Assembly: GCF_001465295.1 (NCBI RefSeq)
Contig: NZ_CP011034.1
Coordinates: 1,110,001-1,142,000, forward strand
Reading direction: 5' to 3'
Source of the DNA: Pseudoalteromonas translucida KMM 520
GTDB taxonomy: Bacteria > Pseudomonadota > Gammaproteobacteria > Enterobacterales > Alteromonadaceae
DNA length: 32,000 nucleotides
Of this stretch, positions 17,427-27,902 are shown in pieces. How positions within the stretch are numbered: position 1 is the stretch's first letter; the number at the start of each line of letters is the position of its first letter. Both the position numbers and the translations under genes were made by a program. The notes under the pieces were generated by a model, which saw only the letters and a program-made list of their open reading frames with translations, was not told the origin of the DNA and ran no database searches.

Positions 17427-17501
17427 TGGCTGGGATACCAGGATTTGAACCTGGGAATGCCAGGATCAAAACCTGGTGCCTTACCGCTTGGCGATATCCC
17501 A
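17427..17501 (-). tRNA. tRNA-Gln(UUG), copy 1 (operon-distal)
   Basis: The reverse complement reads TGGGATATCGCCAAGCGGTAAGGCACCAGGTTTTGATCCTGGCATTCCCAGGTTCAAATCCTGGTATCCCAGCCA. 75 nt, anticodon loop TTTTGAT, encoded CCA. Close to E. coli tRNA-Gln(UUG). Confidence 0.95.
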
Positions 17502-17540
17502 ACTATAAATTTGTACAAGTTTTCGTTCTAGTTAAGAACA

Positions 17541-17625
<85 letters not shown>

Positions 17626-17695
17626 ATCACTAATTTGCTAATTTAAACTCTAAGCTAGAGCTATTCTTTAAGCAACTTTCCTTGGTAGAAGAAGT

Positions 17696-17770
17696 TGGCT
17701 GGGATACCAGGATTTGAACCTGGGAATGCCAGGATCAAAACCTGGTGCCTTACCGCTTGGCGATATCCCA
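17696..17770 (-). tRNA. tRNA-Gln(UUG), copy 2
   Basis: By eye identical to copy 1; 75 nt. Confidence 0.95.
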
Positions 17771-17808
17771 ACAAAGAATAATTGATAGTTTTATTTCTTA
17801 TCAAGAAA

Positions 17809-17893
<85 letters not shown>

Positions 17894-17977
17894 ATCGTTT
17901 GTGTAATAAAACACAGCTTGCAATTTTAAGCTCTTAGCTGAGCTATTCTTTAAACAACTTTCCTTGGTAGAAGAGGT

Positions 17978-18052
17978 TGGCTGGGATACCAGGATTTGAA
18001 CCTGGGAATGCCAGGATCAAAACCTGGTGCCTTACCGCTTGGCGATATCCCA
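17978..18052 (-). tRNA. tRNA-Gln(UUG), copy 3
   Basis: By eye identical to copy 1; 75 nt. Confidence 0.95.
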
Positions 18053-18090
18053 ACAAAGAATAATTGATAGTTTTATTTCTTATCAAGAAA

Positions 18091-18175
<85 letters not shown>

Positions 18176-18267
18176 ATTACTTTGTGTAATTAAACACTAG
18201 GTAGTTATTTTAAACTCTTCATTGAGCTGCAATTTAACTCTTGCAGAGCCATTTCTAAAAAAAGAAA

Positions 18268-18344
18268 TGGTGGCTAAGACGGGATTTGAACCTGTGACCC
18301 CATCATTATGAGTGATGTGCTCTAACCAGCTGAGCTACTTAGCC
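18268..18344 (-). tRNA. tRNA-Met(CAU), elongator, copy 1
   Basis: The reverse complement reads GGCTAAGTAGCTCAGCTGGTTAGAGCACATCACTCATAATGATGGGGTCACAGGTTCAAATCCCGTCTTAGCCACCA. 77 nt, anticodon loop CTCATAA. Close to E. coli metT/metU. Confidence 0.95.
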
Positions 18345-18349
18345 ATTGT

Positions 18350-18424
18350 TGGCTGGGATACCAGGATTTGAACCTGGGAATGCCAGGATCAAAACCTGGT
18401 GCCTTACCGCTTGGCGATATCCCA
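18350..18424 (-). tRNA. tRNA-Gln(UUG), copy 4
   Basis: By eye identical to copy 1. Only 5 nt separate it from the downstream tRNA-Met. Confidence 0.95.
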
Positions 18425-18460
18425 ACAAAAACAATTGATAGTTTTAATTCTTATCAAGAA

Positions 18461-18545
<85 letters not shown>

Positions 18546-18610
18546 ATTACTTTGTGTAATTAAACACTAGGTAGTTATTTTAAACTCTTCATTGAGTAAC
18601 AAAAAAATAA

Positions 18611-18687
18611 TGGTGGCTAAGACGGGATTTGAACCTGTGACCCCATCATTATGAGTGATGTGCTCTAACCAGCTGAGCTACTTAGCC
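18611..18687 (-). tRNA. tRNA-Met(CAU), elongator, copy 2 (operon-proximal)
   Basis: By eye identical to Met copy 1; 77 nt. Confidence 0.95.
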
Positions 18688-18727
18688 ATATTTTTTCGTT
18701 AGCACTTCATCGCTGAGTGCGGGGCGT

Positions 18728-18756
18728 ATTATGCTGATATGGCCCAAATTCGTCAA
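18728..18756 (-). promoter_or_regulatory. Sigma70 promoter of the tRNA operon with GC-rich discriminator
   Basis: The minus strand reads TTGACG (18756-18751), a 17-nt spacer, CATAAT (18733-18728), then ACGCCCCGC. It lies about 40 nt upstream of the first tRNA-Met. The layout is typical of stringently controlled stable-RNA promoters. Confidence 0.65.
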
Positions 18757-18940
18757 CACCTTTTTTGCAAAAAAACACTTAACTTGGTTTGTTTGCAGGA
18801 AAAGTAAGCTAAGCGGCTAAAATTTAGCATAAATGCTGTTTTTTTAGCTGCATTAAAAACACTAAACTTAAACTTATTCGCAGTTCTTTAATTTTTCTAA
18901 ACAAATGCAGTTTTTAAAAAACTACAGCAGGTATTTAAAA

Positions 18941-18970
18941 AATAAAAAAGGCTCGTAAAAACGAGCCTTT
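18941..18970 (-). terminator. Rho-independent terminator after ychF
   Basis: The minus strand reads AAAGGCTCGT-TTTT-ACGAGCCTTT followed by TTTATTTTTT. Confidence 0.8.
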
Positions 18971-19006
18971 AAAATCATCACCACACTAAATTTGGGTAAT
19001 GTATAT

Positions 19007-20098
19007 TTATACGTTGAACAAGAAGTTCATTACATCGCCGTCTTTTACAATGTACTCTTTACCTTCTTGGCGCATTTTACCGGCTTCTTTTGCGCCGCTC
19101 TCACCTTTAAAGGCAATAAAGTCGTCAAAAGCAATTGTTTGTGCGCGAATAAAGCCACGCTCAAAGTCGGTATGAATTTTACCTGCTGCTTGTGGCGCAG
19201 TTGCACCTACAGGAATAGTCCATGCGCGTACTTCTTTTACGCCTGCTGTAAAGTAGGTTTGTAATTGCAGTAATTCATAGCCACCACGAATAACAAGGTT
19301 AAGGCCAGGCTCTTCTAAACCAAGATCAGCCATAAACTCAAGCTTGTCTTCTTCATCTAGCTCAGAAAGCTCAGATTCAATAGCAGCGCATACAGGAACA
19401 ACAATCGCATCTTCTGCAGCGGCTATAGCGCGTACAACATCAAGGTATGGGTTGTTTTCAAAACCATCTTCAGCAACGTTAGCAATATACATTGTTGGTT
19501 TGATAGTTAAAAAGTTAATAGAGCTGATAGCTGCTTTTTCTTCTTTAGTTAACTCTAAAGAACGTAATGTTAAGCCTTCATCAAGGTGTGCTTTTACTTT
19601 TTCAAGTACTGCATTTTGCTCTTTTGCGTCTTTATCGCCACCTTTAGCTTTTTTAGCATTACGGAACGATGCTTTTTCAGCACTGTCCATATCGGCAAGC
19701 ACTAATTCAGTGTTTATAACGTCAATATCGTCAGCAGGGTCAATAGTTCCGGCTACGTGAATAATATTTTCATCTTTAAAACAGCGAACTACGTGACCAA
19801 TGGCGTCAGTTTCACGAATATTAGCTAAAAATTGGTTACCAAGGCCTTCACCTTTAGATGCGCCTTTTACTAAACCGGCAATATCTACAAACTCCATACT
19901 TGTTGTAAGAATGCGCTGTGGGTTTACAATTTTAGCAAGTGCGTCTAGGCGAGGATCTGGCACTGGTACCACACCTGTATTAGGCTCAATGGTACAAAAA
20001 GGAAAGTTAGCGGCTTCAATACCCGCTTTTGTTAATGCATTAAAAAGTGTCGATTTACCAACATTAGGCAAGCCAACAATGCCACATTTAAAACCCAT
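19007..20098 (-). CDS. ychF: Ribosome-binding ATPase YchF
   Basis: Near-collinear with E. coli YchF ([42 protein letters not shown] ... [12 protein letters not shown]). Confidence 0.97.
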   Translation of the reverse strand: MGFKCGIVGLPNVGKSTLFNALTKAGIEAANFPFCTIEPNTGVVPVPDPRLDALAKIVNPQRILTTSMEFVDIAGLVKGASKGEGLGNQFLANIRETDAIGHVVRCFKDENIIHVAGTIDPADDIDVINTELVLADMDSAEKASFRNAKKAKGGDKDAKEQNAVLEKVKAHLDEGLTLRSLELTKEEKAAISSINFLTIKPTMYIANVAEDGFENNPYLDVVRAIAAAEDAIVVPVCAAIESELSELDEEDKLEFMADLGLEEPGLNLVIRGGYELLQLQTYFTAGVKEVRAWTIPVGATAPQAAGKIHTDFERGFIRAQTIAFDDFIAFKGESGAKEAGKMRQEGKEYIVKDGDVMNFLFNV

Positions 20099-20150
20099 AG
20101 TAAGATACCTTGTTTAGATTCGTTTAAACGGCGAACTTGTACCCAAGTTA

Positions 20151-20735
20151 CTAGGGTTTAAACGAATGTAGTCTGTTTTGTGCTTTTAACACACCATCTT
20201 TTGCAAGTATTTCCATGCAGCGTACCGCTTCATCAATGGCAGCATCCATTTTTTCTTGGTCTACTTTGGCCGCTTTTCCTAGCACCCAACCAGTTACCAT
20301 TTCACGATGCCCCGGATGACCTACACCAATGCGCAAGCGCATAAAGTCTTTTTGATTTGCCATTTTTGCAATAATGTCTTTTAAGCCATTATGACCGCCG
20401 TGTCCGCCGCCTTTCTTTAATTTGGCAACGCCAGGTTCTAAGTCTAATTCATCGTGGGCAACTAAAATGCTTTCCACAGGAATTTTGAAAAAATTAGCTA
20501 AACTACCGACCGCTTTACCACTTAAGTTCATATAAGTAGTGGGGATCAATAATTTGAATTCTTGATCTTGAATAATCACTTTGCCTGTAAGGCCGTGATA
20601 TTTAGGATCGTGTTTTAGAGTGCAGTTATAGCGTGCAGCGAGTTGCTCAATGAACCAAGCACCTGCATTGTGGCGTGTGTTTGCGTATTCGGGGCCTGGA
20701 TTAGCCAGGCCCACAAGCATTTGAATAGAATTCAA
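20151..20735 (-). CDS. pth: Peptidyl-tRNA hydrolase
   Basis: [21 protein letters not shown] and [11 protein letters not shown] motifs, upstream of ychF as in E. coli. Confidence 0.95.
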   Translation of the reverse strand: MNSIQMLVGLANPGPEYANTRHNAGAWFIEQLAARYNCTLKHDPKYHGLTGKVIIQDQEFKLLIPTTYMNLSGKAVGSLANFFKIPVESILVAHDELDLEPGVAKLKKGGGHGGHNGLKDIIAKMANQKDFMRLRIGVGHPGHREMVTGWVLGKAAKVDQEKMDAAIDEAVRCMEILAKDGVLKAQNRLHSFKP

Positions 20736-20753
20736 GGTGTTAAGCCTTAAATA

Positions 20754-21368
20754 TTATTCTGCAGCGTCTTCAGCTTCATCTTCAGTTGGAGCTGCTTTGT
20801 TAGCTTTAACAATTAGGATAGACTGATCGTGACCAGGACCTTTCGCTAAATCTATTGATGAAACGCCAGCTGGTAATGCAACATCAGAAATATGTAGAGA
20901 GTCGCCTGCAACTAATTTTGAAACATCTACTGTTACGAAATCAGGGATTGCTTTAGGGAAACAAGAAATTTCGATTTCAGTTAACTGACGAACAACAGTT
21001 GTACCAAGTTTTTCTACTACGTCTTCACCAACAAAGTGGATTGGAACAATAGTATGTAGCTTTTGGTTTGCATCGATACGTTGGAAATCAAGGTGTGTAA
21101 CTTTAGGCTTGAAAGGGTGACGTTGAATATCTTTTAGGATAGTTTCAACAGACTCACCGCCAATGTTAAGTGTAAGAATTTGCGTGTAAAAACCTTCGCT
21201 TTCTTGTGCTTTAATCACATCTTTATGTTCTAAAGTGATTGAAGTAGCTTCTTTGTTTGCGCCGTAAACGATAGCAGGCACTTTGTCTTCGCGACGTAGG
21301 CGGCGGCTCGCACCAGTACCAGTTTGCTCGCGAAGTTCTGCGTTATATAAATAAGTTTTGTTTGACAT
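20754..21368 (-). CDS. rplY: 50S ribosomal protein L25, long Ctc form
   Basis: L25/Ctc N-terminal domain (RRLRREDKVPAIVYG) plus a C-terminal extension and acidic tail. I place the start at the ATG at 21368 (MSNKT) rather than the ORF-track 21380. Confidence 0.9.
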   Translation of the reverse strand: MSNKTYLYNAELREQTGTGASRRLRREDKVPAIVYGANKEATSITLEHKDVIKAQESEGFYTQILTLNIGGESVETILKDIQRHPFKPKVTHLDFQRIDANQKLHTIVPIHFVGEDVVEKLGTTVVRQLTEIEISCFPKAIPDFVTVDVSKLVAGDSLHISDVALPAGVSSIDLAKGPGHDQSILIVKANKAAPTEDEAEDAAE

Positions 21369-21473
21369 AATAGTTTCCAATAATTAAAAGTATAGGGCCT
21401 TTGCGACCAAGGTCCCTAGCCAAAAGGCGCGCTATCATAACATCGCCCCCCAGCAAAATATATAACAGTTACG

Positions 21474-21499
21474 AAAAAAGCGCCAAAAGGCGCTTTTTA
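21474..21499 (-). terminator. Rho-independent terminator after prs (symmetric A/T tracts)
   Basis: AAAAAAGCGCC-AAAA-GGCGCTTTTT; the minus strand has a T-run after the stem. Confidence 0.75.
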
Positions 21500-21538
21500 A
21501 AATTAAAGTTACTTAGCTTCGCTAAAGTAGGTCTTTAA

Positions 21539-22477
21539 TTAATGCTCAAACATTGCTGAGATAGACTCTTCGTTACTAATACGACGAATAGTTTCTGCAA
21601 GCATGTCGGCAAGTGTAAGTACTTTAACAATATTAAGTGCTTTAAGCTCTGCAGACAGTGGAATAGAGTCAGTTACAATAACTTCGTCAATCACTGAATT
21701 ACGCAAGTTTTCAGCCGCTTTTCCCGAAAGAATAGCGTGAGTAGCATATGCAAATACGCGCTTAGCACCGTGTTCTTTAAGTGCTTCAGCGGCTTTACAT
21801 AATGTACCGCCGGTATCAATCATATCATCAACGATAATACAATCACGACCTTCAACGTCACCAATAATATGCATTACTTGAGAAACGTTTGCTTGTGGGC
21901 GACGTTTATCAATAATAGCTAAATCGGTATCGTTTAGTAGTTTTGCAATGGCACGCGCACGTACAACGCCACCAATATCTGGAGATACAACAACAACGTC
22001 GTCAAAATGACGTGCTTTCATATCTTCAAGTAAAACAGGGCTACCAAATACGTTATCTACAGGTACATCAAAGAAGCCTTGGATTTGCTCAGCGTGTAAA
22101 TCAACCGTAAGAACGCGGTCAACACCTACACTAGATAAGAAATCGGCAACGACTTTAGCGGTAATGGGTACACGGGCAGAACGTACACGACGATCTTGAC
22201 GAGCATAACCAAAATAAGGAATAACGGCAGTAATACGACCGGCAGATGCACGACGTAGAGCATCAACCATAACGATAAGTTCCATAAGGTTATCGTTTGT
22301 AGGGGCACAGGTTGATTGTAAGATGAAAACATCCGATCCACGAACATTCTCATTAATTTGAACACTGATCTCACCGTCGCTAAAACGGCCAACAACAGCA
22401 TCGCCTAATTCAATATATAAACGTTTTGCAACTTTTTGAGCTAACTCAGGTGTTGCGTTACCAGCGAAGAGCTTCAT
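21539..22477 (-). CDS. prs: Ribose-phosphate pyrophosphokinase
   Basis: Near-identical blocks to E. coli Prs ([52 protein letters not shown]). ATG at 22477. A GTG at 22486 (VPDM, as annotated in E. coli) is an alternative. The ORF-track start at 22528 is probably too long. Confidence 0.95.
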   Translation of the reverse strand: MKLFAGNATPELAQKVAKRLYIELGDAVVGRFSDGEISVQINENVRGSDVFILQSTCAPTNDNLMELIVMVDALRRASAGRITAVIPYFGYARQDRRVRSARVPITAKVVADFLSSVGVDRVLTVDLHAEQIQGFFDVPVDNVFGSPVLLEDMKARHFDDVVVVSPDIGGVVRARAIAKLLNDTDLAIIDKRRPQANVSQVMHIIGDVEGRDCIIVDDMIDTGGTLCKAAEALKEHGAKRVFAYATHAILSGKAAENLRNSVIDEVIVTDSIPLSAELKALNIVKVLTLADMLAETIRRISNEESISAMFEH

Positions 22478-22573
22478 GTCAGGCACGGTAGGGTTCCTCA
22501 GGCACTGAATTTTTGGACTAACAGGCAATAATTAAACCACTGCGTGTTAACTTATGACTACTTGTACGTTACT

Positions 22574-23428
22574 TCAATCAAATATGGCGGCTAACTCCGT
22601 ATGAGCGGGAGAAGTATTAACGCTTGATGCGATAAACCCCTGCCAAGTATGGGGGAGATTAGCAAGTACATCTTGTGCTTGAACTTGCGTAGCAAATTCT
22701 ACAAAACAACATGAACCTGTTCCGGTCATCTTTGATGGAGCGTATTTTAGCAACCACTGCAGGGTTTTTTCAACCTCGGGACACAGCTTTTTCACTAAAG
22801 ATTCGCAATCGTTAGTTAAAATATGCTGTTGCCAGTCTCCTGAAATTTTTGGCGTGTCGCGTTTTAGTTCAGGATGAGTAAATATTTTAGCAGTACTTAC
22901 ATGTTGATTAGGGAAGACCACACAATACCACTTTCGCTCAAGCATTACTTGTTCTAATTGCTCACCAATCCCTTGCGCTATGGCGCTTTGACCATGTATA
23001 AATACGGGTACATCGGCACCTAGTTGTAAGCCTAAATGAGCTAATTCATCTAAACTGAGGGCTGTTTTCCACAACTTATTTAAGGCTAATAAGGTGCTGG
23101 CTGCGTCTGATGATCCACCGCCAACACCGCCGCCCATTGGCAAACGTTTAATTAAATTTATTTTCACGCCTTGCTTTATTTTGCACTGTGTTTGTAATAA
23201 TAAAGCTGCTTTATAGATAAGGTTGTCGGTTGTGGCTATGCCATTTGTGTCGCCGGTAACAATAATTGCAGGTAAATCGCTTAACTCAAAACTAAGTTCG
23301 TCGCCATAATTTAAAAACGTAAACAGGGTTTCTAGTTCGTGGTAACCGTCATCTCGGTGCCCATTAATGTGCAAAAAAAGATTGAGCTTTGCTGGCGCAA
23401 TAAGTGAAAATGAAGTGATATTATTCAT
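22574..23428 (-). CDS. ispE: 4-diphosphocytidyl-2-C-methyl-D-erythritol kinase
   Basis: GHMP kinase motif PMGGGVGGGSSDAA, N-terminal APAKLNLFLHI, and the lolB-ispE-prs context. Confidence 0.93.
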   Translation of the reverse strand: MNNITSFSLIAPAKLNLFLHINGHRDDGYHELETLFTFLNYGDELSFELSDLPAIIVTGDTNGIATTDNLIYKAALLLQTQCKIKQGVKINLIKRLPMGGGVGGGSSDAASTLLALNKLWKTALSLDELAHLGLQLGADVPVFIHGQSAIAQGIGEQLEQVMLERKWYCVVFPNQHVSTAKIFTHPELKRDTPKISGDWQQHILTNDCESLVKKLCPEVEKTLQWLLKYAPSKMTGTGSCCFVEFATQVQAQDVLANLPHTWQGFIASSVNTSPAHTELAAIFD

Positions 23429-23430
23429 GG

Positions 23431-24039
23431 TTAATTAAACTGCCAATCGTAGAGTTGAATTTTAATTTTAATTTTTTGATGGGTTAAGGTCAGTCTGCTA
23501 GGTAGCCAGTAACCGCTTTTTTGCACAAAACTAGCGTACTCAATTTGCCATTTTTTACCTGTACTATCAAACCACAATACGCTTTTAGCGCGGCCTAATT
23601 GATCAACCTTTAAAGTTTGGTCATCAATGGTGCCTTTTAACCAGCTGTCGGCGTTATTTACTGGTAAAGCAAAGCCGGTTAAACGTTTTAGTAATGCCGT
23701 TGCATTGGTGTCAAAATACTGCTCGCCATCATAGTTTAGCTCTGCCGTATTTGCAGTTTGTTTGAGTGACAATATACGTGTACCAATAAAAGTGGTGAGC
23801 ACTAAATTATTGTTATTTTGGCTCTGTTGCCAGTTTAAGTTTGCAGATTGGCGCTCATCGGGGCTAATAAAAGCAAGTTTACCTTCTACTTGCCAAATAC
23901 TTTGCTCGGCAAGATGTGTTTTCCAGTTTTCGTAAACCGTTGTTTCTAAATTGCTTTTTTGTGCACAACCAGCTAAAAACAAGAAAAACATAGCTAAAAT
24001 AAAATATTGTCGAATCAAATGTTGCTCCTTACTTTCCAT
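23431..24039 (-). CDS. lolB: Outer-membrane lipoprotein LolB
   Basis: Lipobox FLFLAGC and a position divergent from hemA. The start is set at the ATG at 24039 (MESKEQ...), because the ORF-track start at 24117 would overlap the hemA start. Confidence 0.85.
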   Translation of the reverse strand: MESKEQHLIRQYFILAMFFLFLAGCAQKSNLETTVYENWKTHLAEQSIWQVEGKLAFISPDERQSANLNWQQSQNNNNLVLTTFIGTRILSLKQTANTAELNYDGEQYFDTNATALLKRLTGFALPVNNADSWLKGTIDDQTLKVDQLGRAKSVLWFDSTGKKWQIEYASFVQKSGYWLPSRLTLTHQKIKIKIQLYDWQFN

Positions 24040-24101
24040 ATTCCTGAGATTTTTGATAAAATTGCGGCCTTTAAAGTAGGGCTCATCAATATTTGGCAAA
24101 T

Positions 24102-25358
24102 ATGACCATAATCGCACTTGGTATTAATCACAAAACCGCTCCCGTAGAATTACGTGAAAAAGTGGCTTTTTCCCCTGAGCAAATTTCAGAGGCGCTACAG
24201 CAATTAAGTGGCCACGCCCATTTTAATGAGGCAGTGATTGTATCCACCTGTAATCGAACCGAAGTGTATTGTAGCCTTGCACAGCAAAATTCCCAAACAC
24301 TGTTGCAGTGGTTATCTAGTTTCCATGGTTTGGATGAACATGAACTGAGTAAAAACATTTACTGCCATGAAGGTAGTGATGCTATAAATCACTTAATGCG
24401 CGTAGCCTGTGGCCTAGATTCACTCGTACTGGGCGAGCCGCAAATTTTGGGGCAAATAAAGCAAGCGTATAACAGTGCTAAAACCCATAATGCTGTGGGC
24501 GTGACGTTTGATAGATTATTTCAAAAAACGTTTTCTGTTGCTAAGCAAGTACGTACTGAAACCAACATAGGTGCTAGTGCAGTGTCGGTTGCTTATGCAG
24601 CGGTTAATTTAGCTAAACATATTTATGGCAAGCTCGATAAAACCAATGTGCTTCTCATTGGTGCCGGTGAAACAATTGAGCTAGTAGCCAGACATTTGTA
24701 CCAAAATGAGCCGCAAAATATTACGGTTGCGAACAGAACCCTTGAGCGTGCACGTAGTTTAGCGGATCAAGTATCGGGTGATGTAATTGCACTTGCTCAA
24801 CTACCTGAGCGTTTACATAAAGCCGATATTGTTATTAGTTCTACCGCCAGCACGTTGCCTATTATTGGTAAGGGTGTGGTGGAGCAAGCACTTAAACAGC
24901 GTCGTTATAAGCCTATGTTGTTTATTGATATTGCGGTTCCTCGCGATATTGAAAGCCAAGTAGGTGAACTTGACGATGCTTATTTATATTCTGTTGATGA
25001 CTTACAAACCATTGTTAGCGAGAATATGAGTGCCAGAGAAGAAGCCGCTGAGCAGGCTGAAGTTATTATTACCGAGCGCACTAAAGAGTTTTTAATGTGG
25101 ATACGCTCACTCGATTCGGTGGATTTAATTCGCCACTATCGAAACGATGTACAAACAATAAAGTCCGAACTTGTAGAGCGAGCTGTGAGTCAGCTAAATA
25201 CAGGTAAAGATGCCGAAAAAGTTATTTTAGAGCTGGCCAATAAGTTAACCAATCGCTTAATGCACGCGCCTACCCGTGCTATTCAAGATGCAGCGAAAAA
25301 AGGTGAAGTGGCTCAGTTAAACCAATTGAAAAAAATGTTAGGTATTGATCAGGAATAG
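24102..25358 (+). CDS. hemA: Glutamyl-tRNA reductase
   Basis: MTIIALGINHKTAPVELREKVAF, catalytic-Cys context STCNRTEVY, and the NADPH site GAGETIEL. ATG at 24102 (the ORF track used the TTG at 24093). Confidence 0.95.
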   Translation: MTIIALGINHKTAPVELREKVAFSPEQISEALQQLSGHAHFNEAVIVSTCNRTEVYCSLAQQNSQTLLQWLSSFHGLDEHELSKNIYCHEGSDAINHLMRVACGLDSLVLGEPQILGQIKQAYNSAKTHNAVGVTFDRLFQKTFSVAKQVRTETNIGASAVSVAYAAVNLAKHIYGKLDKTNVLLIGAGETIELVARHLYQNEPQNITVANRTLERARSLADQVSGDVIALAQLPERLHKADIVISSTASTLPIIGKGVVEQALKQRRYKPMLFIDIAVPRDIESQVGELDDAYLYSVDDLQTIVSENMSAREEAAEQAEVIITERTKEFLMWIRSLDSVDLIRHYRNDVQTIKSELVERAVSQLNTGKDAEKVILELANKLTNRLMHAPTRAIQDAAKKGEVAQLNQLKKMLGIDQE

Positions 25359-25364
25359 CAGTTA

Positions 25365-26450
25365 ATGAAAGAATCCGTTTATCATAAGTTAGAAATCTTA
25401 GTTGAGCGTTATGAAGAAGTACAAGCGCTACTAAGCGACCCATCGGTCATTCGTGATCAAAACCGCTTTCGTGCGCTTTCAAAGGAATACTCAGATTTAG
25501 AAGAGGTAGTAAAAACGTTTTTAAGCTACCAACAAGCGCAACAAGATGTAATAAGCGCAGAAGAAATGCTGAAAGATTCAGACCCAGATATACGTGAAAT
25601 GGCGCAAGAAGAATACAAAGAAGCTAAAGCACAAATACTGACCATAGAAGATGAAATTCAAGTATTAATGCTGCCAAAAGATCCTAAAGACAATAATAAC
25701 GTGTATTTAGAAGTGCGAGCCGGCACCGGTGGCGACGAAGCGGCTATATTTGCCGGCGACTTATTTAGAATGTACAGCCGTTATGCCGAAACTAAAAAAT
25801 GGAAAGTAGATGTGGTGACCACCAACGAAGGTGAGCACGGCGGCTATAAAGAAATAATTGCTAATATTAGTGGTGAAGGTGTTTTTGGTCAGCTGAAATT
25901 TGAATCTGGCGTGCATCGTGTACAACGTGTACCAGAAACCGAATCGCAAGGTCGAGTTCATACCTCGGCGTGTACGGTTGCGGTAATGGCTGAAGTACCA
26001 GAAGCTGAGGCAATTGAAATTAATTCGGCCGATCTTAAAGTTGATACATTTCGTGCATCAGGCGCGGGTGGTCAGCACGTAAATAAAACTGATTCTGCTA
26101 TTCGTATTACCCATATACCTACCGGTGTGGTTGTAGAGTGTCAGGATCAGCGCTCGCAACATAAAAACCGTGCTAAAGCTATGTCGGTACTTGCAGCGCG
26201 TTTGCAACAAGCTGAAGACGAAAAACGCGATGCAGCAGAAGCCTCTGAGCGTCGTAACTTAGTCGGCAGTGGCGATCGCTCTGAGCGTATTCGTACTTAT
26301 AACTATCCGCAAGGTCGTATTACCGATCACCGTATTAACTTAACCCTATATCGCTTAAACGAAGTGATAGCCGGTGATTTAAGCTGTATTGTAGAGCCAT
26401 TAATGCAAGAGCATCAGGCCGACTTACTAGCGGCTATGGGCGACGAGTAA
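25365..26450 (+). CDS. prfA: Peptide chain release factor 1
   Basis: GGQ motif ([19 protein letters not shown]) and the PxT-region context [10 protein letters not shown]. Collinear with E. coli RF1. Confidence 0.97.
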   Translation: MKESVYHKLEILVERYEEVQALLSDPSVIRDQNRFRALSKEYSDLEEVVKTFLSYQQAQQDVISAEEMLKDSDPDIREMAQEEYKEAKAQILTIEDEIQVLMLPKDPKDNNNVYLEVRAGTGGDEAAIFAGDLFRMYSRYAETKKWKVDVVTTNEGEHGGYKEIIANISGEGVFGQLKFESGVHRVQRVPETESQGRVHTSACTVAVMAEVPEAEAIEINSADLKVDTFRASGAGGQHVNKTDSAIRITHIPTGVVVECQDQRSQHKNRAKAMSVLAARLQQAEDEKRDAAEASERRNLVGSGDRSERIRTYNYPQGRITDHRINLTLYRLNEVIAGDLSCIVEPLMQEHQADLLAAMGDE

Positions 26451-26455
26451 TAATA

Positions 26456-27295
26456 GTGACCCAAACCCTCGAACAAGCAATTGCTGCAGGCGCTAATTTA
26501 TTAGCACCTAGCAGCGAAAGCGCTAAATTAGACGCGCAAGTTTTACTACTGCATATATTGCAAAAACCTCACAGTTACCTTTTTACTTGGCCAGAAAGCA
26601 CGCTTAGTACAGAGCAACAGCAGCAATTTGATACATTTTGCCAAAGGCGTTTAAATGGCGAGCCAGTTGCACATATTACAGGGCAACGTGAGTTTTGGAG
26701 TTTATCGCTAGAGGTTAATGCCACCACTTTAATACCGCGTCCAGATACCGAAACCTTAGTAGAGCAAGCGCTTGAAATAGCGGTGCCAAGTAATGCAAAG
26801 GTACTCGATTTAGGCACAGGCACTGGCGCAATCGCGTTAGCACTGGGGAGCGAAATGCCCGCTTGGCAAATTACCGCAGTAGATAGAGTAAGCGATGCTG
26901 TTGCACTTGCTACACGTAACCAGCAGCGATTAGCCATTAATAATGTGCAAGTAAAGCAAAGTAATTGGTTTAGCGCGCTTAATGGCGAAAAGTTTCATTT
27001 AATTGTATCTAATCCGCCGTATATAGAAACAACCGATATACATCTTAAGCAAGGTGATGTGCGCTTTGAACCGCTCTCAGCACTTGTTGCAGATGATGAT
27101 GGACTGGCTGATATAAAACAAATAATTACCCAATCACGTGACTATCTTCACGCTAAAGGTTATCTTTTGATCGAACATGGTTTTGAGCAAAGTGGTGCGG
27201 TTAGCCAGTTTTTTGCACAAATGGGATTTATAAATATTAAAACAGTGAAAGACTTAGGCAATAACGATCGCGTTACACTTGCACAGTGCTCTTAA
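26456..27295 (+). CDS. prmC: Release factor glutamine N5-methyltransferase
   Basis: SAM site DLGTGTGAIALAL and catalytic NPPY (VSNPPYI), immediately after prfA. GTG start. Confidence 0.93.
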   Translation: MTQTLEQAIAAGANLLAPSSESAKLDAQVLLLHILQKPHSYLFTWPESTLSTEQQQQFDTFCQRRLNGEPVAHITGQREFWSLSLEVNATTLIPRPDTETLVEQALEIAVPSNAKVLDLGTGTGAIALALGSEMPAWQITAVDRVSDAVALATRNQQRLAINNVQVKQSNWFSALNGEKFHLIVSNPPYIETTDIHLKQGDVRFEPLSALVADDDGLADIKQIITQSRDYLHAKGYLLIEHGFEQSGAVSQFFAQMGFINIKTVKDLGNNDRVTLAQCS

Positions 27296-27378
27296 ACTAA
27301 ATTACAGCAGTGTAATATTTGCGCTGCTTATTCGTTTTTAAAAATAAAAACATTTAACTAAACAGAAGTATTAAAACT

Positions 27379-27753
27379 ATGGATTATTTAGCAGTTAAAC
27401 ATTCACACATGGCGATTGCGATGTTGAGTGTAATTTTATTTTATGTACGCTCATTTTCACGTATGGGTAGTGGTAAGTTGGCAAAAAATAAACTGGTGTT
27501 TATTGGCAGCCACGGCATAGACACTTTGTTACTTGTGTCAGCATTAATGCTAATGGGGATCGCTAAAATTAATCCGTTTGAGCAATATTGGTTACTAGAA
27601 AAAATAGTGCTTGTGGTTATTTATATTGCCGTTGGTATTGTTAGCTCAAAACAAACAAAAATAGCACCAAAAGTAGCTTATACCATTTTTAATACTTTGG
27701 TTATTTTAGCTATCGGTTATTTAGCAACCGCTAAATCGGCACTGCTTTTATAA
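27379..27753 (+). CDS. sirB2: SirB2/YchQ-family small membrane protein
   Basis: 124 aa with four hydrophobic helices, in the position after prmC as in E. coli (prmC-ychQ-ychA-kdsA). Confidence 0.75.
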   Translation: MDYLAVKHSHMAIAMLSVILFYVRSFSRMGSGKLAKNKLVFIGSHGIDTLLLVSALMLMGIAKINPFEQYWLLEKIVLVVIYIAVGIVSSKQTKIAPKVAYTIFNTLVILAIGYLATAKSALLL

Positions 27754-27769
27754 GTAATAAATAGTCCAA

Positions 27770-27801
27770 TTGAGCTTTGTATAATTGTGTACAAAGCTCA
27801 A
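27770..27801 (+). terminator. Stem-loop after sirB2
   Basis: Perfect 12-bp arms TTGAGCTTTGTA / TACAAAGCTCAA with an 8-nt loop, followed by CTATTTCT. Confidence 0.5.
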
Positions 27802-27902
27802 CTATTTCTAAACATAAGTTCACATTCAAGCCCCTCTATATTGGTATCTAGCTTAAAAAGTAGGTAAACTACGCCTTCGTTTTCTAAAATGTTGTAGTAT
27901 GA

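Noticed and set aside
18992-20117. Three plus-strand ORFs (18992-19264, 19344-19760, 19800-20117) antisense to ychF
   Set aside because: They are shadow ORFs opposite a very well-conserved gene, with low-complexity Ser/Ala-rich translations and no start context.
20119-20166. 11-nt inverted repeat TTCGTTTAAAC / GTTTAAACGAA spanning the pth stop and the pth-ychF gap
   Set aside because: The arms are AT-rich and centred on the self-palindromic GTTTAAAC, with a 26-nt loop and weak predicted stability. It is probably incidental.
22126-22401. 91-aa minus-strand ORF inside prs in another frame
   Set aside because: It is fully embedded in the highly conserved prs coding frame, so it is spurious.
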